DNA from: Octopus sinensis
Taxonomy: Eukaryota
NCBI RefSeq assembly: GCF_006345805.1
Contig: NW_021834277.1
Coordinates: 1 to 50,047, forward strand
Length of the DNA: 50,047 nt
Direction of reading: 5' to 3'
Below are positions 34,450 through 48,082 of the stretch, one piece after another. Position numbers and translations under genes: made by a program. Below the pieces are notes generated by a model, which saw nothing but the letters and a program-made list of their open reading frames with translations, was not told where the DNA came from and did not search any database. Numbering within the stretch: position 1 is the first letter of the stretch; every line of letters begins with the position of its first letter.

Positions 34450-35830
34450 GATTGTTTGTGTGTGTATTTGGTGTGGATGTGTGTGTGGAGGTGTGTATGT
34501 TATGGTGTGTGTGTGTGTGGTGTGTGGTGTGTGTATGCGTGTGTGTATGAGTGTGTGTGTATGCGTGTGTGTGTGAGTGTGTGTGTGTGTGTGTGTATGG
34601 TGTGTGTTGCGTGTGTGTGTGTGTGTGTGTGTGTATGCAGTGTGGTGGTGCGTGTGTGTGTGCGTGTGTGGTATGCGTGTGTGTGTGTTGTGTGTGTGTG
34701 CGTGTGGGTGTATGCGTGTGTGTGTGCGTGTGTGTGTGAGTGTGTGTGTGGGGGTGTTGTGTGGTGTGTGTGTGTGCGTGTGTGTGTGCGTGTGTGTATG
34801 CGTGTGTGTGTGCGTGTGTGTGTGTGTGTGCGTGTGTGTATGCGTGTGTGTGTGTGTATGGTGTGTGTGTGCGTGGTGTGTGTGTGGTGGTGTGTGTGTA
34901 TGCGTGTGTTGTGTGTGGTGTGTGTGTGTGTTGTGTATGCGTGTGTGTGTGTATGCGTGTGTGTGGTGTGTGTGTGGTATGCGGGTGTGTGTGTGTGTTG
35001 TGTGCGTGTGTGGGTGGTTGTGTGACTGATTTGTTTAGTAGTCAACCTCCTAAACAATTAAACACAGCAAAAAGGCTTATTGCAAAGGTGTGCGGTGGTA
35101 GGTGGTGGTTGTGGTGGTTGGGGGGGGCTGTATGGTGGTGGTGGTGGTATCGGCGGTGATGTGTAATGGCGGTGGTGGTATGGTGACGGCGGTGCTAGTG
35201 TTCTTGTTGATGGTGTTGGTAGTAATGATGATGATGGTGGTGGTGATGATATGTGATGGCGGCGTTTGAGTTGTTGCTGCTGGTAGTGGTGGTAGCGAAA
35301 GTGGTGGTGGTGGCGGTGATGTAGTAGTAGTAGTAGTAGTAGTATAGTGATCGGCGGTATTGTTGGTACCGATGGAGGTGGTGGTGACGATGGTGGTGGT
35401 ATTTGTTGTGGTTGTTTTGACGTTAGTGGAAGTGATGGTGGCGTTGTTGTTATTTTCGTTGTTATTGGTGGTGGTGGTGGTATGGTGGTGGTGTGGTGGT
35501 GGTGGTATGGTAGTGGTGGTGGTGAGGAAGGTGGTGGTGGTGGTGGTATGGTAGTGGTGGTGGTGGTGGTGGTATGGTAGTGGTGAGGAAGGTGGTGGTG
35601 GTGGTGGTATGGTGGTGGTGTGGTGGTGATGGTGGTAGTGGTGTGGTGGTGGTGGTGGTATGGTAGTGGTGGTGGTGAGGAAGGTGGTGGTGGTGGTGGT
35701 ATGGTAGTGGTGAGGAAGGTGGTGGTGGTGGTGGTATGGTAGTGGTGTGGTGGTGGTGGTGTGGTGGTGGTGGTATGGTAGTGGTGTGGTGGTGGTGGTG
35801 AGTAAGGTGGTGGTGGTGGTGAGTAAGGTG
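34450..35830. repeat. Degenerate (TG)n followed by (GGT)n arrays
   Basis: Direct reading. Confidence 0.95.
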
Positions 35831-37177
35831 GCGGTGATGGCGTTGGGGAAGCAGAGTAAAAGGTGGTGGAGAGGGGGGTAGGGGTGAGTGGTGGAGAGGG
35901 GGGCGTGGCCTACACGTATTTGACATGCACAACTATGCATTACTAAGCCTCGCATTGTGTGGTGCTAACGTCGGTTGCATGCTGTGCAATGTCTGCGTTT
36001 CCCTTAGCAACCGGTGGAAGAGTAGAAGACGTTCGCAACACTTCCGAAGGGAACGCTGGATGGAGAGGGTCATGAACTTGGAGCGCGAGTGTGTGAGTGT
36101 GTGCAACTGGGTATACATTCGTGTATGTGCGTGAGGGGGATGTACACACACACACACCCATATGTATGTATGTATGTATGTATGTGTACGTGTATGTATG
36201 CACCGAGGTATGCATATATGTCTGTCCTCAAGTATGTACACACACACATATATATATATATATATGTACGTGGTATATATATGTATATCTACATATATAT
36301 ATACATATGCTATTACATAATTGTTATATATATATCTATTATACATATGTATATACACATATAATATATATAGAATACAACATACATACATACATTACAT
36401 CATAGACATACATACATTACACATACATACACATAATATATATCACATATACATACATACATACATACACAGATCCACACAGATACACATCACATACACT
36501 ACTATTTATATATTAATATATATATATTATATATATATCATATATATATATACTTTATCAAAAGCAGCGGAAATATATAACAAAAGCTGTTACTCGGAGT
36601 TTCACGTCTCCGTTCGTCGGACATCTTTGCAGATGTATGCGTGTATGTATGTATATGTGTGTATGTATTTACATATCTGTTGCGTGTGTGAGTGTATTAT
36701 ATATGTGCGGGGGGGGGGGGCAGTTATGTATTTGTTTGTGTATATGCATGTACGCGTATGCATTTATGTATCTGCGTGTGTATGTAGTTGCGTGCGCACG
36801 CGCGTACGCGAAATTCACGTGCCGGGATATTTATGTGTTCAAAAGTTCATGTAATCGATTTTGTGTGTATATGTATGAACATGCATACATACCTAAAGAC
36901 ACTTAAGTAAATGTGCACACACATATACATACATACACACACATTTTAATAAACACACACACACATATATATATACACATACACACATCTAAGTAGACAT
37001 ACACATATACTTACATTTAAATCCACATATATATACACACACATACATTTGAATAAACATCTATATATATATATATATACACACACACACAAACACATAT
37101 ACACACATAACGCGCGTGCACACATACATATATATATATATATATATTATATACACACACATACATTTGAATAAACA

Positions 37178-37233
<56 letters not shown>

Positions 37234-37617
37234 AACACATATACACACATATACGCACACCACACACACACACACAATATACACACACACACACACTCGC
37301 ATAAGCATAGTCACACACATATACACATATATAGAAAGAGACATCTATTCCTTGCTCTCCACTCTTCTCCCTCATCTTTTTATACCTCTCTCTCCCGGTC
37401 TCTCTCTCTCTCTCTCTCTCTCTCCTTTTGCACTCTTTATCCGTCCTTCTATCTATCTATCTATCTATCTATCTATCGGTATTCTCTCCTAATTCCTTTC
37501 TATCCATTTATCCCCATCCTCCCCACCCAGCAATCATTCTCCGTACCAAATAAACTCTTTCTTCCACTCAGATTGGTCCGAGCTAAAAGAAAAAGAAACC
37601 ACACACGCACACACACA

Positions 37618-37648
<31 letters not shown>

Positions 37649-38010
37649 CCGATTCAATCTGCTTATAGAAATCCTGGCAAAGTCGTTTTCGCAATTGACT
37701 GAATCTTCTTCATTTAAATCTGACAAGATTTCATCGATGGTAAAGACTTGCGTGATCACACTGACACACAGCCCAGATTTCACCGGATCACATGCTTCCT
37801 CCCTTCCTTTCTTTCTTTCTTTCTCTATCTCTTCGTCCCGGTCTCTCTGTCTTTCTTTCTCTCTGTCTCTCTCTGCACCTCTCTAACACTGCTTCTCTTT
37901 CTCCGTCCTTTTCTCGCTATCTCTCCATATCTCACTGGCTCTCTCTCTCCTTCTCGATCAGTCTTTTAATCACCCTCTCCTTCTCTCTGAATGACTCTCT
38001 CTTTCTTTTC

Positions 38011-38048
<38 letters not shown>

Positions 38049-38439
38049 CTGTATCTCTTCCGCTTTCTTTCATCTCTCTCTCTCACTCAACGTAAAGACG
38101 GGCGAAATAACGGCGTGCTAACGATTCTGCCAGCTCACTGCCTCCATAATAATAATAATAATAATAATCTTTTCTAGTAAAGGCACAAGGCTTGAAATTT
38201 GGGGGGAGGGGATAAGTCGATTACATCGACCCCAGGGTTCAACTGGTACTTATTTTATCTAAAAGAATGCAAAAAATGGGACAAGAACGCAACAGGCGAC
38301 AACAAAACATCCAGACAGTTGGATGATACAAAAAGAGACAAGAAAAAACAAGGACGAGTCATTCAGAGTTTTCTTTCTTCAGTCGACTTCCAGATTATCA
38401 TTACAGTTTATACATACATACATACATACATACAAAAGA

Positions 38440-38460
38440 TACAGACAGACAGACAGACAG

Positions 38461-38543
<83 letters not shown>

Positions 38544-38578
38544 GAGATAGAGAGATAGATAGATAGATAGATAGATAG

Positions 38579-38649
<71 letters not shown>

Positions 38650-38708
38650 ACGATAGATAGATAGATAGATAGATAGATAGAACGATAGATAGATAGATAG
38701 ATAGATAA
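38440..38708. repeat. (GATA)n tetranucleotide array
   Basis: Direct reading. Confidence 0.95.
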
Positions 38709-39061
38709 TGGCGGGTTGGAGTATTTTGATAAAGAAGTATTTATCTCAATCTACAAGAGAGAGCAATACCGACGGTGCAATGCGAACTCGCGACTTTCTG
38801 CCCACTACTCTAATTCCTTCCCACTTCTGAAATCACATTAACGCGTGATTGTATTTGTTGGTCGATTTCTTTTGATACACAAAGAAATTAGTACGAGGCA
38901 TCGATTGATTGATTGTTTCATCGATTGATGCATTGTGTATGTATATATGTATGCGCATGCGTACTTTATATTTTCCAGTGTGTATGTATTTGCATGTGTA
39001 CGTGTATGTGTGTTTGTTTATGCACCTTAACAGTATGCTTGTACTATAGTGTGTATATGAA

Positions 39062-39445
39062 GGCGGCGAGCTGGCAGAAACGTTAGCACGCCGGGCGAAA
39101 TGCGTAGCCGTATTTCGTCTGCCGTTACGTTCTGAGTTCAAATTCCGCCGAGATCGACCTTGCCTTTCATCCTTTCGGGGTCAATAAATTAAGTATCAGT
39201 GAAACACTGGAATCGATATAATCGACTTAATCCGTTTGTCTGTCCTTGTTTGTCCTCTCTGTGTTTAGCCCCTTGTGGGTAGTAAAGAAATAGGTATTTC
39301 GTCTGTCAATTCCACCGAGGTCGAATTTTTCTTTCATCCTTTCGAGGTCGATAAATTAAGTACCGGTCGCGTACAGGGGTCGATCAAATCGACAAGCCTC
39401 CTCCCCCAAAATTTTCCTGCTTTGTACCTAGAGTAGAAAAGAATA
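39062..39445 (+). mobile_element. SINE B followed by a head-less second unit with the alternative tail
   Basis: GTATTTCGTCT at 39110 and 39294 (184 bp apart). Confidence 0.9.
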
Positions 39446-39494
39446 TAGTGCGTATATGATGCAAGGTGTATATGCAAAATACACAAATACATGA

Positions 39495-39870
39495 GCTAAT
39501 TACAGCTATTCTATCCTGTAATTATTGGGGCCACTGAGATATCTAACATACTGCCTAAATACCAATATCGAGAAATTAGGCTTCTCAAAACCAGAAAGGA
39601 GAACGCTGATTCGAAGACAACAGATCCAATCCATCACTGGAACTGTAAAAATCTGTAAAACTTTCCAGAAGTTTATCCTTTAAACATATATGAGCATGTC
39701 TAGATATGCACCTATATACATAATACATAAAACAAAACATACAAATCTCCATACATACATACAAACAAAAATAACGTTAATATAGTTGAAATTCCAATGA
39801 AGGAGACTTAGATCTAGGCTAGAAACCGGCTCTTTCTTTATTGGTAAGAAATCCTGAAATAAAACTAAAT
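39495..39870 (+). mobile_element. Probable 3' end of an RLE-type (R4/Dong/NeSL-like) non-LTR retrotransposon
   Basis: PVIIGA followed after a frameshift by EKLGFSKPERRTLIRRQQIQSITGTVKICKTFQKFIL* (stop 39681), then a 3' UTR with a stem-loop. Confidence 0.5.
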
Positions 39871-39945
39871 AACGGCCTTCATACATACAAGTGAGTGGAC
39901 AAACGAAAGAAGGAGGCACTCAACATGTTTAGTAGGAATTGTATC

Positions 39946-40334
39946 GGGAGTGGCTGTGTGGTAAGTAGCTTGCTAACCAACCACATGGTTCCGGGTTCAG
40001 TCCCACTGCGTGGCATCTTGGGCAAGTGTCTTCTGCTATAGCCTCGGGCCGACCAATGCCTTGTGAGTGGGTTTGGTAGACGGAAACTGAAAGAAGCCTG
40101 TCGTATATATGTATTAATATATATATGTATGTGTGTGTGTCTGTGTTTGTCCCCCTAGCATTGCTTGACAACCGATGCTGATGTGTTTACGTCCCTGTCA
40201 CTTAGCGGTTCGGCAAAAGAGACCGATAGAATAAGTACTGGGCTTACAAAGAATAAGTCCCGGGGTCGATTTGCTCGACTAAAGGTGGTGCTCCAGCATG
40301 GCCGCAGTCAAATGACTGAAACAAGTAAAAGAGT
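39946..40334 (+). mobile_element. SINE family A flanked by a 65-bp direct repeat
   Basis: 39881-39945 vs 40335-40399, 64/65 identical. Confidence 0.95.
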
Positions 40335-40789
40335 ATACATACAAGTGAGTGGACAAACGAAAGAAGGAGGCACTCAACACGTTTAGTAGGAATTGTATCT
40401 ATTATATAAAGTGGTTTGATTCGGCTTCAGGCTCGTTACAAGCTCGTCGGGATCAGGACACCCAACGAGCTAGATTCCTGTGACGAGCCTACGAAATTTT
40501 AAGTTGCATGGGGCCGAATTAAACCGTTTTTAATAATAATGATGATAATGATGATGGACCCTCCCGTCGAAGATGACGTATGAGCGATCGATTTTTGCCA
40601 AACGAACTTCAAAAATAATTTGTTTATAGTGATCAAATGCTGTACATTAGCCTTTTCTTCTCTCTCTCCATCAAATTGATGTTACCTGAACGAATGTACG
40701 ATGTACCACCTGCCAGGGATCGAACTGAGATGAAGTGTTTTGCTCAAGATCTAGGAATTGAAACCACGATTTCGCGATATATATATATA

Positions 40790-41175
40790 TATTGCTTCAG
40801 TCATTTGAAAGCGGCCATGCTGGAGCACCACCTTTAGACAAGCAAATTGACCCCTGGACGTATTCTTTGTAAGCCTAGTACTTGTACTATCGGTTGAATT
40901 TGCCGAACCGCTAAGTTACGGGGACGTAAACACACCAACATTGGTTGACAAGCAATGGTGGGGGGGACAATCACATGCACACACACACACACACACACAC
41001 ACAAACAAACACACACACACTATATATATATATATATATACGACAGACTTCTTTCAGTTTCTGTATACCAAATCCACTCACAAGGCTTTGGTCGGCCCGA
41101 GACTATAACAGAAAACACCTGCCCAAGGTGTCACGCGCTGGGACCGAACCCGGAACCATTTGGTTGGGGAGCAGA
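40790..41175 (-). mobile_element. SINE family A, 5'-truncated
   Basis: Colinear with the family. Confidence 0.9.
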
Positions 41176-41717
41176 TGATGGTAAAAAGTGAAGGTGCGCG
41201 TTAGTCGGACGGATCTCCGAGTTTAGTCAATTCTGCTGCGCCTTACTCTTAACCATCGCGTTTTAATTGGAAATTAATGGATGTCTGTGAGGGAGTGGTG
41301 GAAGGAGGTAGACGTAATGCGGTGGGTGGAGGTGGGGATGGTTGGCGGGTAGTTTGGAATCGGGGGCAAGTTACGGGGTGGACGGGGGTGGCATATTGGA
41401 ATGGGAGCAGATATCGAGGGGGGTGGCGTGTGGCGGATGGGTATAAAATAGGATGGATGGATGGATGGATAGATGGATGGATGGGTGTGTGTAGGTAAGG
41501 GTAGGAGAGAACTTTGGAATGGGGGCAGGTATCGGGGGTGGGTGGGGTGAATGTGGGTGTCACAAGGTAAGAAGATGGGTGGAAGTGAGAACGAGGTGGG
41601 GTGTGTGGGGGAGAAATCAAATTCCCCCGTTTTTACTCAGACATGACTAAGTCATCTCCTGAGATGAACCTCCTGTCTTCCTAACACACACACACACATC
41701 CTCTCTCTGTCTCCTAC

Positions 41718-41748
<31 letters not shown>

Positions 41749-41997
41749 ACCTTCATCCTTTTGCATCTCTCCTTCCCGTACTTCCCTCTCCTATTTCTCT
41801 CTCTCTCTCCCTCCTTAACTTCGGCCTATTCCCTCTCCATCACTTATCTCCCCCTCTCTCTCTCTCTTCTATCTCTCTACATCCATGTCTCTCTGCATCT
41901 CTCTTTCACGTATCTACCTCTCTCTCCCACCCTCCCTCTATTTAACTTCAGCCAGTTTTTTCCTCCTTCACATGTCTCTATCTATCCACATCCTTTA

Positions 41998-42029
<32 letters not shown>

Positions 42030-42428
42030 CTTTCTCTCTCTCTCTCGCTACTTCTCCTCCTCCATCCCTCAATCCCCCTTCTCTCCCCCCTCCATTCTCC
42101 CCACACACTGCCTTTTGTGTATTGTCGGCGGCACACACAGAGGAATGTTATCTGATGTGTTGATAGTAAGGTATGGGCGGTAGTAGTAGTAGTAGTAGTA
42201 ATGGTGGTGGAGGTGGCGATGGTTGGTAGATAGTAATGCGGTGATAGTGGTGGTGATGATGATTGTGGTGATGGTACCAGTGTCGGTGTTGGTTGTCATG
42301 GTGTTGGTGGTGGTGATGTATGAGGTGGTAGTATAGTAGAGATGGTGGTACAGGTAAGGATTACAGCCAATGGTGTGTGTGGCGAGCGCGCGTGCGACGA
42401 CTTTCGTGTGTGTGTGTGTGTGTGTGTA

Positions 42429-42740
42429 GGCGCAGGAATGGCTGTGTGGTAAGAGTGTTTGCTTCCCAACCACTTGGCTCTGGGTTCAGTCCCACTGCGT
42501 GACACCTTGGGCAATTTTCTTCTACTGTAGCCTCGGATCGACCAAAAACTTGTGAGTGGATTTGGTAGACGGAAACTGAAAGAAGCTCTCATCCTTGTGT
42601 GTGTGTGTTTATACCCCGCTTGATAACCGGTGTTGGTGTGTTTACATCCACGTAACTTTGCGTTTCCACTAAAGAGAATAAGAACCAAACTTTGAAAAAT
42701 ACATGGCCGCAGTCTAATGACTGAAAGAAGTAAAAAGACA
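42429..42740 (+). mobile_element. SINE family A with internal deletion
   Basis: Head and tail present; part of the body missing. Confidence 0.85.
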
Positions 42741-42894
42741 TATATATATATATATATATATAGATATGACACGGTGCCCCAGTCCACTCAGCTGGCAAAA
42801 ATGAGTAGTGCCTGTATTTCAAAGGGCCAGCCTTGTCACACTCTGTTCCACGCTGAATGTCCCCGAGAACTACGTTAAGGGTATACGTTTTCAA

Positions 42895-42951
42895 AAATTC
42901 CAATTCTAAAGGGTCGAAACAAACCCGAGCAACGCCGGGTGATACTGCTAG
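42895..42951 (+). mobile_element. Isolated Helitron 3' terminus
   Basis: CCCGAGCAACGCCGGG hairpin, TGATACTG, CTAG|T; same family as 5462-5866. Confidence 0.75.
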
Positions 42952-43343
42952 TTTTTTTTTTTTTTTTTTAATAAAACAGTCAGAAATAAGAAAAATCAAG
43001 AATCTGCAACAATCTCGGTCCCATGAGGATCGGATAATGGATTTTCAACTGTGTAAAGAAACTGATTGTGGTCATCGTAGTTTTGACGGTGATTGGTGGT
43101 GAAAACAGAGACAGTGTTGATGATGATGATGATGATGGTCGAGATAAGTATGGGAGGAGGATAAAATAGCATCGGTGGTTATAATGGCGACAGGAGCGGT
43201 GTATTGTAACTGCTTCAGATTATTCCGTTTTTTAAAGGTTTTGTTTCTTAAAATCCTATGGCTGTGTTATTTCTTTTTACCACCGCCATGGAGGTTATGT
43301 CTTTACCGGTGTTGGTTTGGGAAATTGGGCGATTTTCAGCATA

Positions 43344-43768
43344 GGCGCAGGAGTGGCTGTGTGGTAAGTAGCTTGCTAACCAACCACATGGTTCCGGGTT
43401 CAGTCCCACTGCTTGGCATCTTTGGCAAGTGTCTTCTGCTATAGCCCCGGCCCGACCAATGCCTTGTGAGTGGATTTGGTAGACGGAAACTGAAAAGAAG
43501 CCTGTCGTATATATGTATATGTATGTGTATATATGTGTGTGTGTGTGTCTGTGTTTGTCCCTCTAGCATTGCCTGACAACCGATGCTGCTGTGTTTACGT
43601 CCCCGTCACTTAGCGGTTCAGCAAAAGAGACCGATAGAATAAGTACTGGGCTTACAAAGAATAAGTCCCGGGCTCGATTTGCTCGACTAAAGGCGGTGCT
43701 CCAGCATGGCCGCAGTCAAATGACTGAAACAAGTAAAAGAGTAAAAGAGTAAAAAGAGTAAAAGAGTA
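43344..43768 (+). mobile_element. SINE family A, full length
   Basis: Complete head to (AAAAGAGT)n tail. Confidence 0.95.
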
Positions 43769-43857
43769 TGCGTGTATATGGGTGGAAATGAGCTGCTTGG
43801 CAGAGGTCTGCACTCTCCGACTACTTTTCTAGTTATTATTGTTGTTGTTGTTATTAA

Positions 43858-44060
43858 GGCGGCGAGCTGGCAGAATCATTAGCACGCCGGGCGAAATGCT
43901 TAGCAATATTTCGCCCACCGTTCCGTTCTGAGTCCAAATTCCGCCGAGGTCGACTTTGCCTTTCATCCTTTCGGAATGAATTAAGTACCAGTTACGCACT
44001 GGGGTTGATTTAATCGACTCCCTCCTCAGGTTTGTACCTATAGTAGAAAGGATTATTATT
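43858..44060 (+). mobile_element. SINE family B (alternative tail ending in ATT repeats)
   Basis: Complete head; tail GTACCTATAGTAGAAAGGATTATTATT. Confidence 0.85.
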
Positions 44061-44650
44061 ATTCAGTGAAAGAACAGTGCATGTCAAAGAAAGTGACACT
44101 GGAGTAAAATATACGAAGCCCAGTATACCCATCATGACCACCCGTCTGATAAGGGTACACCAGGCACACGCATCACAACCATATTTGCGCGATATGGTGA
44201 TCTCATATCAAGATAAACAGCGCATCACCTTGCAGTTGGGGCCCAGTTACAATTTTCTTCAGGTCAAGTAGACCATCCTGCTCAAAAGATCCCTGAATAA
44301 GATTTGTTAAAGGACGATGAACGAAACACCCATGTTTCCAAACGTGAATTATCCAAACACCAAAGGATTCCTCTCAACACATGGCTATGATGCTCCCCAC
44401 TACTTCTGCTCGTGATCAGAGATGCACATATCGTCAGCCACTAAGGGACATGCTCAACTGGTTAAGGTCAAACAACTGACAAGCAAATCTGTTGGTATTG
44501 AGCAGAATATTTGCTGTAGCCCATCTTTTATACCAAGACAAAACAATGTACATGATAACACTTCCAATCAGTTAAGATCAGAAGCCATGGGAGCCGCTGC
44601 TTGGTACTGCATCAGGGCATTTATTATTATTATTGTTGTTGTTGTTATTA

Positions 44651-44832
44651 AATGCTTAGCGGTATTTCGTCTGCCGCTCCGTTCTGAGTCCAAATTCCGC
44701 TGAGGTCGACTTTGCCTTTCATCCTTTCGGGGTCAATAAATTAAGTACCAATGGAACGCTGGGGTCAATGTAATCAACTGGCTCCCCTCCCACCAAATTT
44801 CAGGTCGTGTGCCTATAGTAGAAAGAATTATT
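44651..44832 (+). mobile_element. SINE family B, 5'-truncated
   Basis: AAATGCTTAGCGGTATTTCGTC...GTGCCTATAGTAGAAAGAATTATT. Confidence 0.85.
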
Positions 44833-44999
44833 ATTATTATTATTATTTGAATCCTCATTGTGCAGATCAATGATGAAAGGCATTCTTGACAGGACCACCC
44901 CGCCTTTTTAAGAGAATCTAAACCAACAAGATCCAGTGTATCCTTCTTTCCTTTTTTTCTCTGGCTGTTATTTCTAACACGTCCTTCGAAAGTGTGGTG

Positions 45000-45770
45000 G
45001 TGCTGGCGTTAGTGGTGAAGTCAGAGTTTGTAGTGAGCATCAATAATGTGTGTGTGTGTGTGTGTGTATGGAGGAGGTCAGCTGTAATAGTAGTAGTGGT
45101 GGTGATGGCAGTGGTGTAGAAACGGTAGTAGAGATGGTGATGAAGATAAGGGGGATGGGGGGGCTTGTTGTGGCGGCGGCGCTGCTGCAGGCAAGAGAGG
45201 TTAAACATACTCTTCTGGTTTAAGGAGGTCAAGGGGTGGAATGGGGTGGAGGTGAGAGAAGATAGTGGTTAGATGAGGGGGGGGGGGAGATTTAGTGCAG
45301 TGGTGGGGAGGGAGGGAGAGAGAGAGAGAGATTGGGGAGCGGTGGAGAGTAAATTGATGACGGTGGTTGATAGTGGTGGTGGTGGAGGGGAGGGGCGAAG
45401 GTTGTGTTGGTGAGATGGTAGTGGTGGTGATGATGATGATGATGATGGTGGTGGTGATGATGATGGTGGTTGTGTTGGCGGTTGCTATCGATGGTGATGG
45501 TAGTGGTGATGGTGATGGTGATGGTTGTATTGGTTGTTGTTGTTGTAGTGGTAATGGTGGTGGTGACGAAGGTTGTGATGGTGGTGGTGGCTGTGATGGT
45601 GGTGGTGGATGTAGTGGATATGGTGGTGGTGGTGAAATAACCCTAATGAGTAAGGAAAAGATGGGAAATTATGAAATGACGGGAAGAAAGAAAAGACGAA
45701 AGACAGGAAGAAAGGAAAGTTTAAAAGGTAACGAGGAGGAGAAGGAGGAGGAGGAAGAAAATTGTAAGAA

Positions 45771-45802
<32 letters not shown>

Positions 45803-46340
45803 AGCGGCGTGATGTAAGATGTGTGAGGAAACGGAAGAGGAAATAGAGAGAGTGGAGGAGATGGAGGAGGGGAGGAGGAGGAGAAGAAGAAGAAAGGTGA
45901 GAGAAGAAGAGGGGGAGAGGGTCGTCCCAGGAAGATATGAGTTCGAGTGGAGATGTGGGTGGGGAAGTAAGACGATGGAGGGGGTGGGTGTAGAGAATAA
46001 TGGAGAGAGAGAGAGAGATGGGGGAGGAGAGAGCGGTGGGTAGGTGGGCGGGTGGGAAGTGAGGGTTCCTTTTCTATCCACCCAGCGTTGTTGTTGTTAT
46101 TGTTGTTGTTGTTGTTGTTGGTGGTGGTGGCGATTTGACGATAAAGAATAGTGGAAGCAGTGATGATGATGATGATGATAGTGGTAGTAGTGATGATGAT
46201 AGTAGTGATGGTGATGATGGTGGAGATGAAGACGATGGTGGTGGTGGTGGTGTGAGTTTTTTTTTAAGGAAGTACAAGACAAAGAGGTAAAGCATAGGAA
46301 TGCGTGTGGAGTATGTACGGGTGTATGGTACCCTGTGTCC

Positions 46341-46376
<36 letters not shown>

Positions 46377-47560
46377 GAAAGGGTGAGAGTGGGAGAAGAA
46401 AAAAATTGAAGTGTGCGAGACTGGAGCAAGAGTAGAGAAGAGATAGTGTATGTATATATGGGTGTATATATGGGTGTATATATGGGTATATATGCATAAT
46501 AGCCTCCTATGGAGCGGTGAGGTGTTAAGGAGAAAGAGAGGCAGAGATGATGGATTACGACGTGATGTGTAAGAGAGATAGAGTAAGGAAGTAAGAGAGA
46601 GGGGGGGAGAATTCGATAAAAGGGAAAGAGAGGGACAAAGAAAGAGTGGAGGGAGTAGACGAAAGGAATAGAGTGGAAGATGGTTGCAGTTGTTGTTGTG
46701 GTAGTAGTAGTAGTAGTAGTAGTAGTAGCAGCATTGGTGGTGGTGGTGGTAGTAGTAGTAGTAGTGGTGGTGGTGGTAGTAGTAGTAGTAGTAGCATTGG
46801 TGGTGGTGGTGGTAGTAGTAGTGGTAGTAGTATAACTGCCGGAATGCGTGTCGTTGGTGTGGGGGGTGAATGAGAGAGAGAGAGAGAGAGAGCGTGGGGT
46901 GGGGGTTGGATGAGTGGTTGTAGGGTGAGACAGGAAACAGAACCAGCCGAGACAAGTTGTCAGTGAGGGAGACAGGGAAATAAAGGTACTTTTAGGTCTG
47001 CTAGTGTGTGTGTGCGTGCGTGTGAGTGTGTGTTACCCAGATATTCTTTGATATATCAAACAACAAGGTTAACAAGGAAGGGATCTTGTAAGTCTGTGAC
47101 AGCTGACTGATGTCTTCATCTCGTTTAGTCACAGACAGAGAGGTGGGTGGGTGGGCGGGTGGGTGGGGGTAATCTTTTGTGATTAACATGATAGTGGTGG
47201 TGGTGGTGGTGGTGAGGTTTTAGCCCCCCCACCTCATCCGCCACAGCTACCAACAATACAACCACCATCACCATCACCACCTACACCAACACAACCTCCA
47301 CCGGCATCCGCCGCACCACCACCAACTTATCCATCACCGTCACCACCTCAACTATCATTACTACCACTATCTCAACCATAGCCATCACCATCTCAACCAC
47401 CGCCACCACCATCTCAACCACCACCACCTCAACCATCGCCACCGTTACCACCTCAACATAACCCTCACGACACCACTACAACCTTGAAAGACTCAACCAT
47501 CACCTCAACCACCACCACCACCACCACCACCAATACCTCCTCCACCAACAACCCAGCTCA
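45000..47560. repeat. Long low-complexity block of (GGT), (GAT), (GTA), (GA), (TG) and (CAC) tracts
   Basis: Direct reading. Confidence 0.85.
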
Positions 47561-48082
47561 AGCAGACAAACCCTCTATTATAACCGGAGGCATTCCAACC
47601 ATGACCACCGAGCTTCGTTTCTTTCTATTTCATTTTTGAACATTATTCAAAGGAAACGGCGGCAAATTGTGTGTGTGTGCACTGGAGGCAAAAGGGAGGA
47701 GGGAATAGTGAGGAAGGGGAGGTGATTGACACATCTTTTTTTAATTACCCTAATTAAAAAAAAAAACATTTTCAATTTTTATTCCAAGAATAAGTGCCAA
47801 ACTCAAAATAGATAAGGGGATCGATTTGTTCGACTAAACCCGAAGGCAGAGTTTTAGCATGGCTATAGTCCAACGACTGAACGGAGTAAAAAGCACAAAG
47901 CAGTCTGGGTGAATCATGTGATAGTATGTCGTACTTATTTTCTTATTGAGAGCAAGCCACAACATACACAGGTTAGAAATGGGTCCCTAAATTTGTGCGA
48001 CCCTGACACTAGTTACAAAAGAAATGCAGAGTAGACTGCCAATTTTGAGATATGTTATAACTGTGTGTGTGTGTGTGTGTTC

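Noticed and set aside
37660-37783. FTIDEIL, an eh1-like motif in minus ORF 37583-37783
   Set aside because: No acceptor or ATG upstream, and the frame runs into (TG)n; likely chance.
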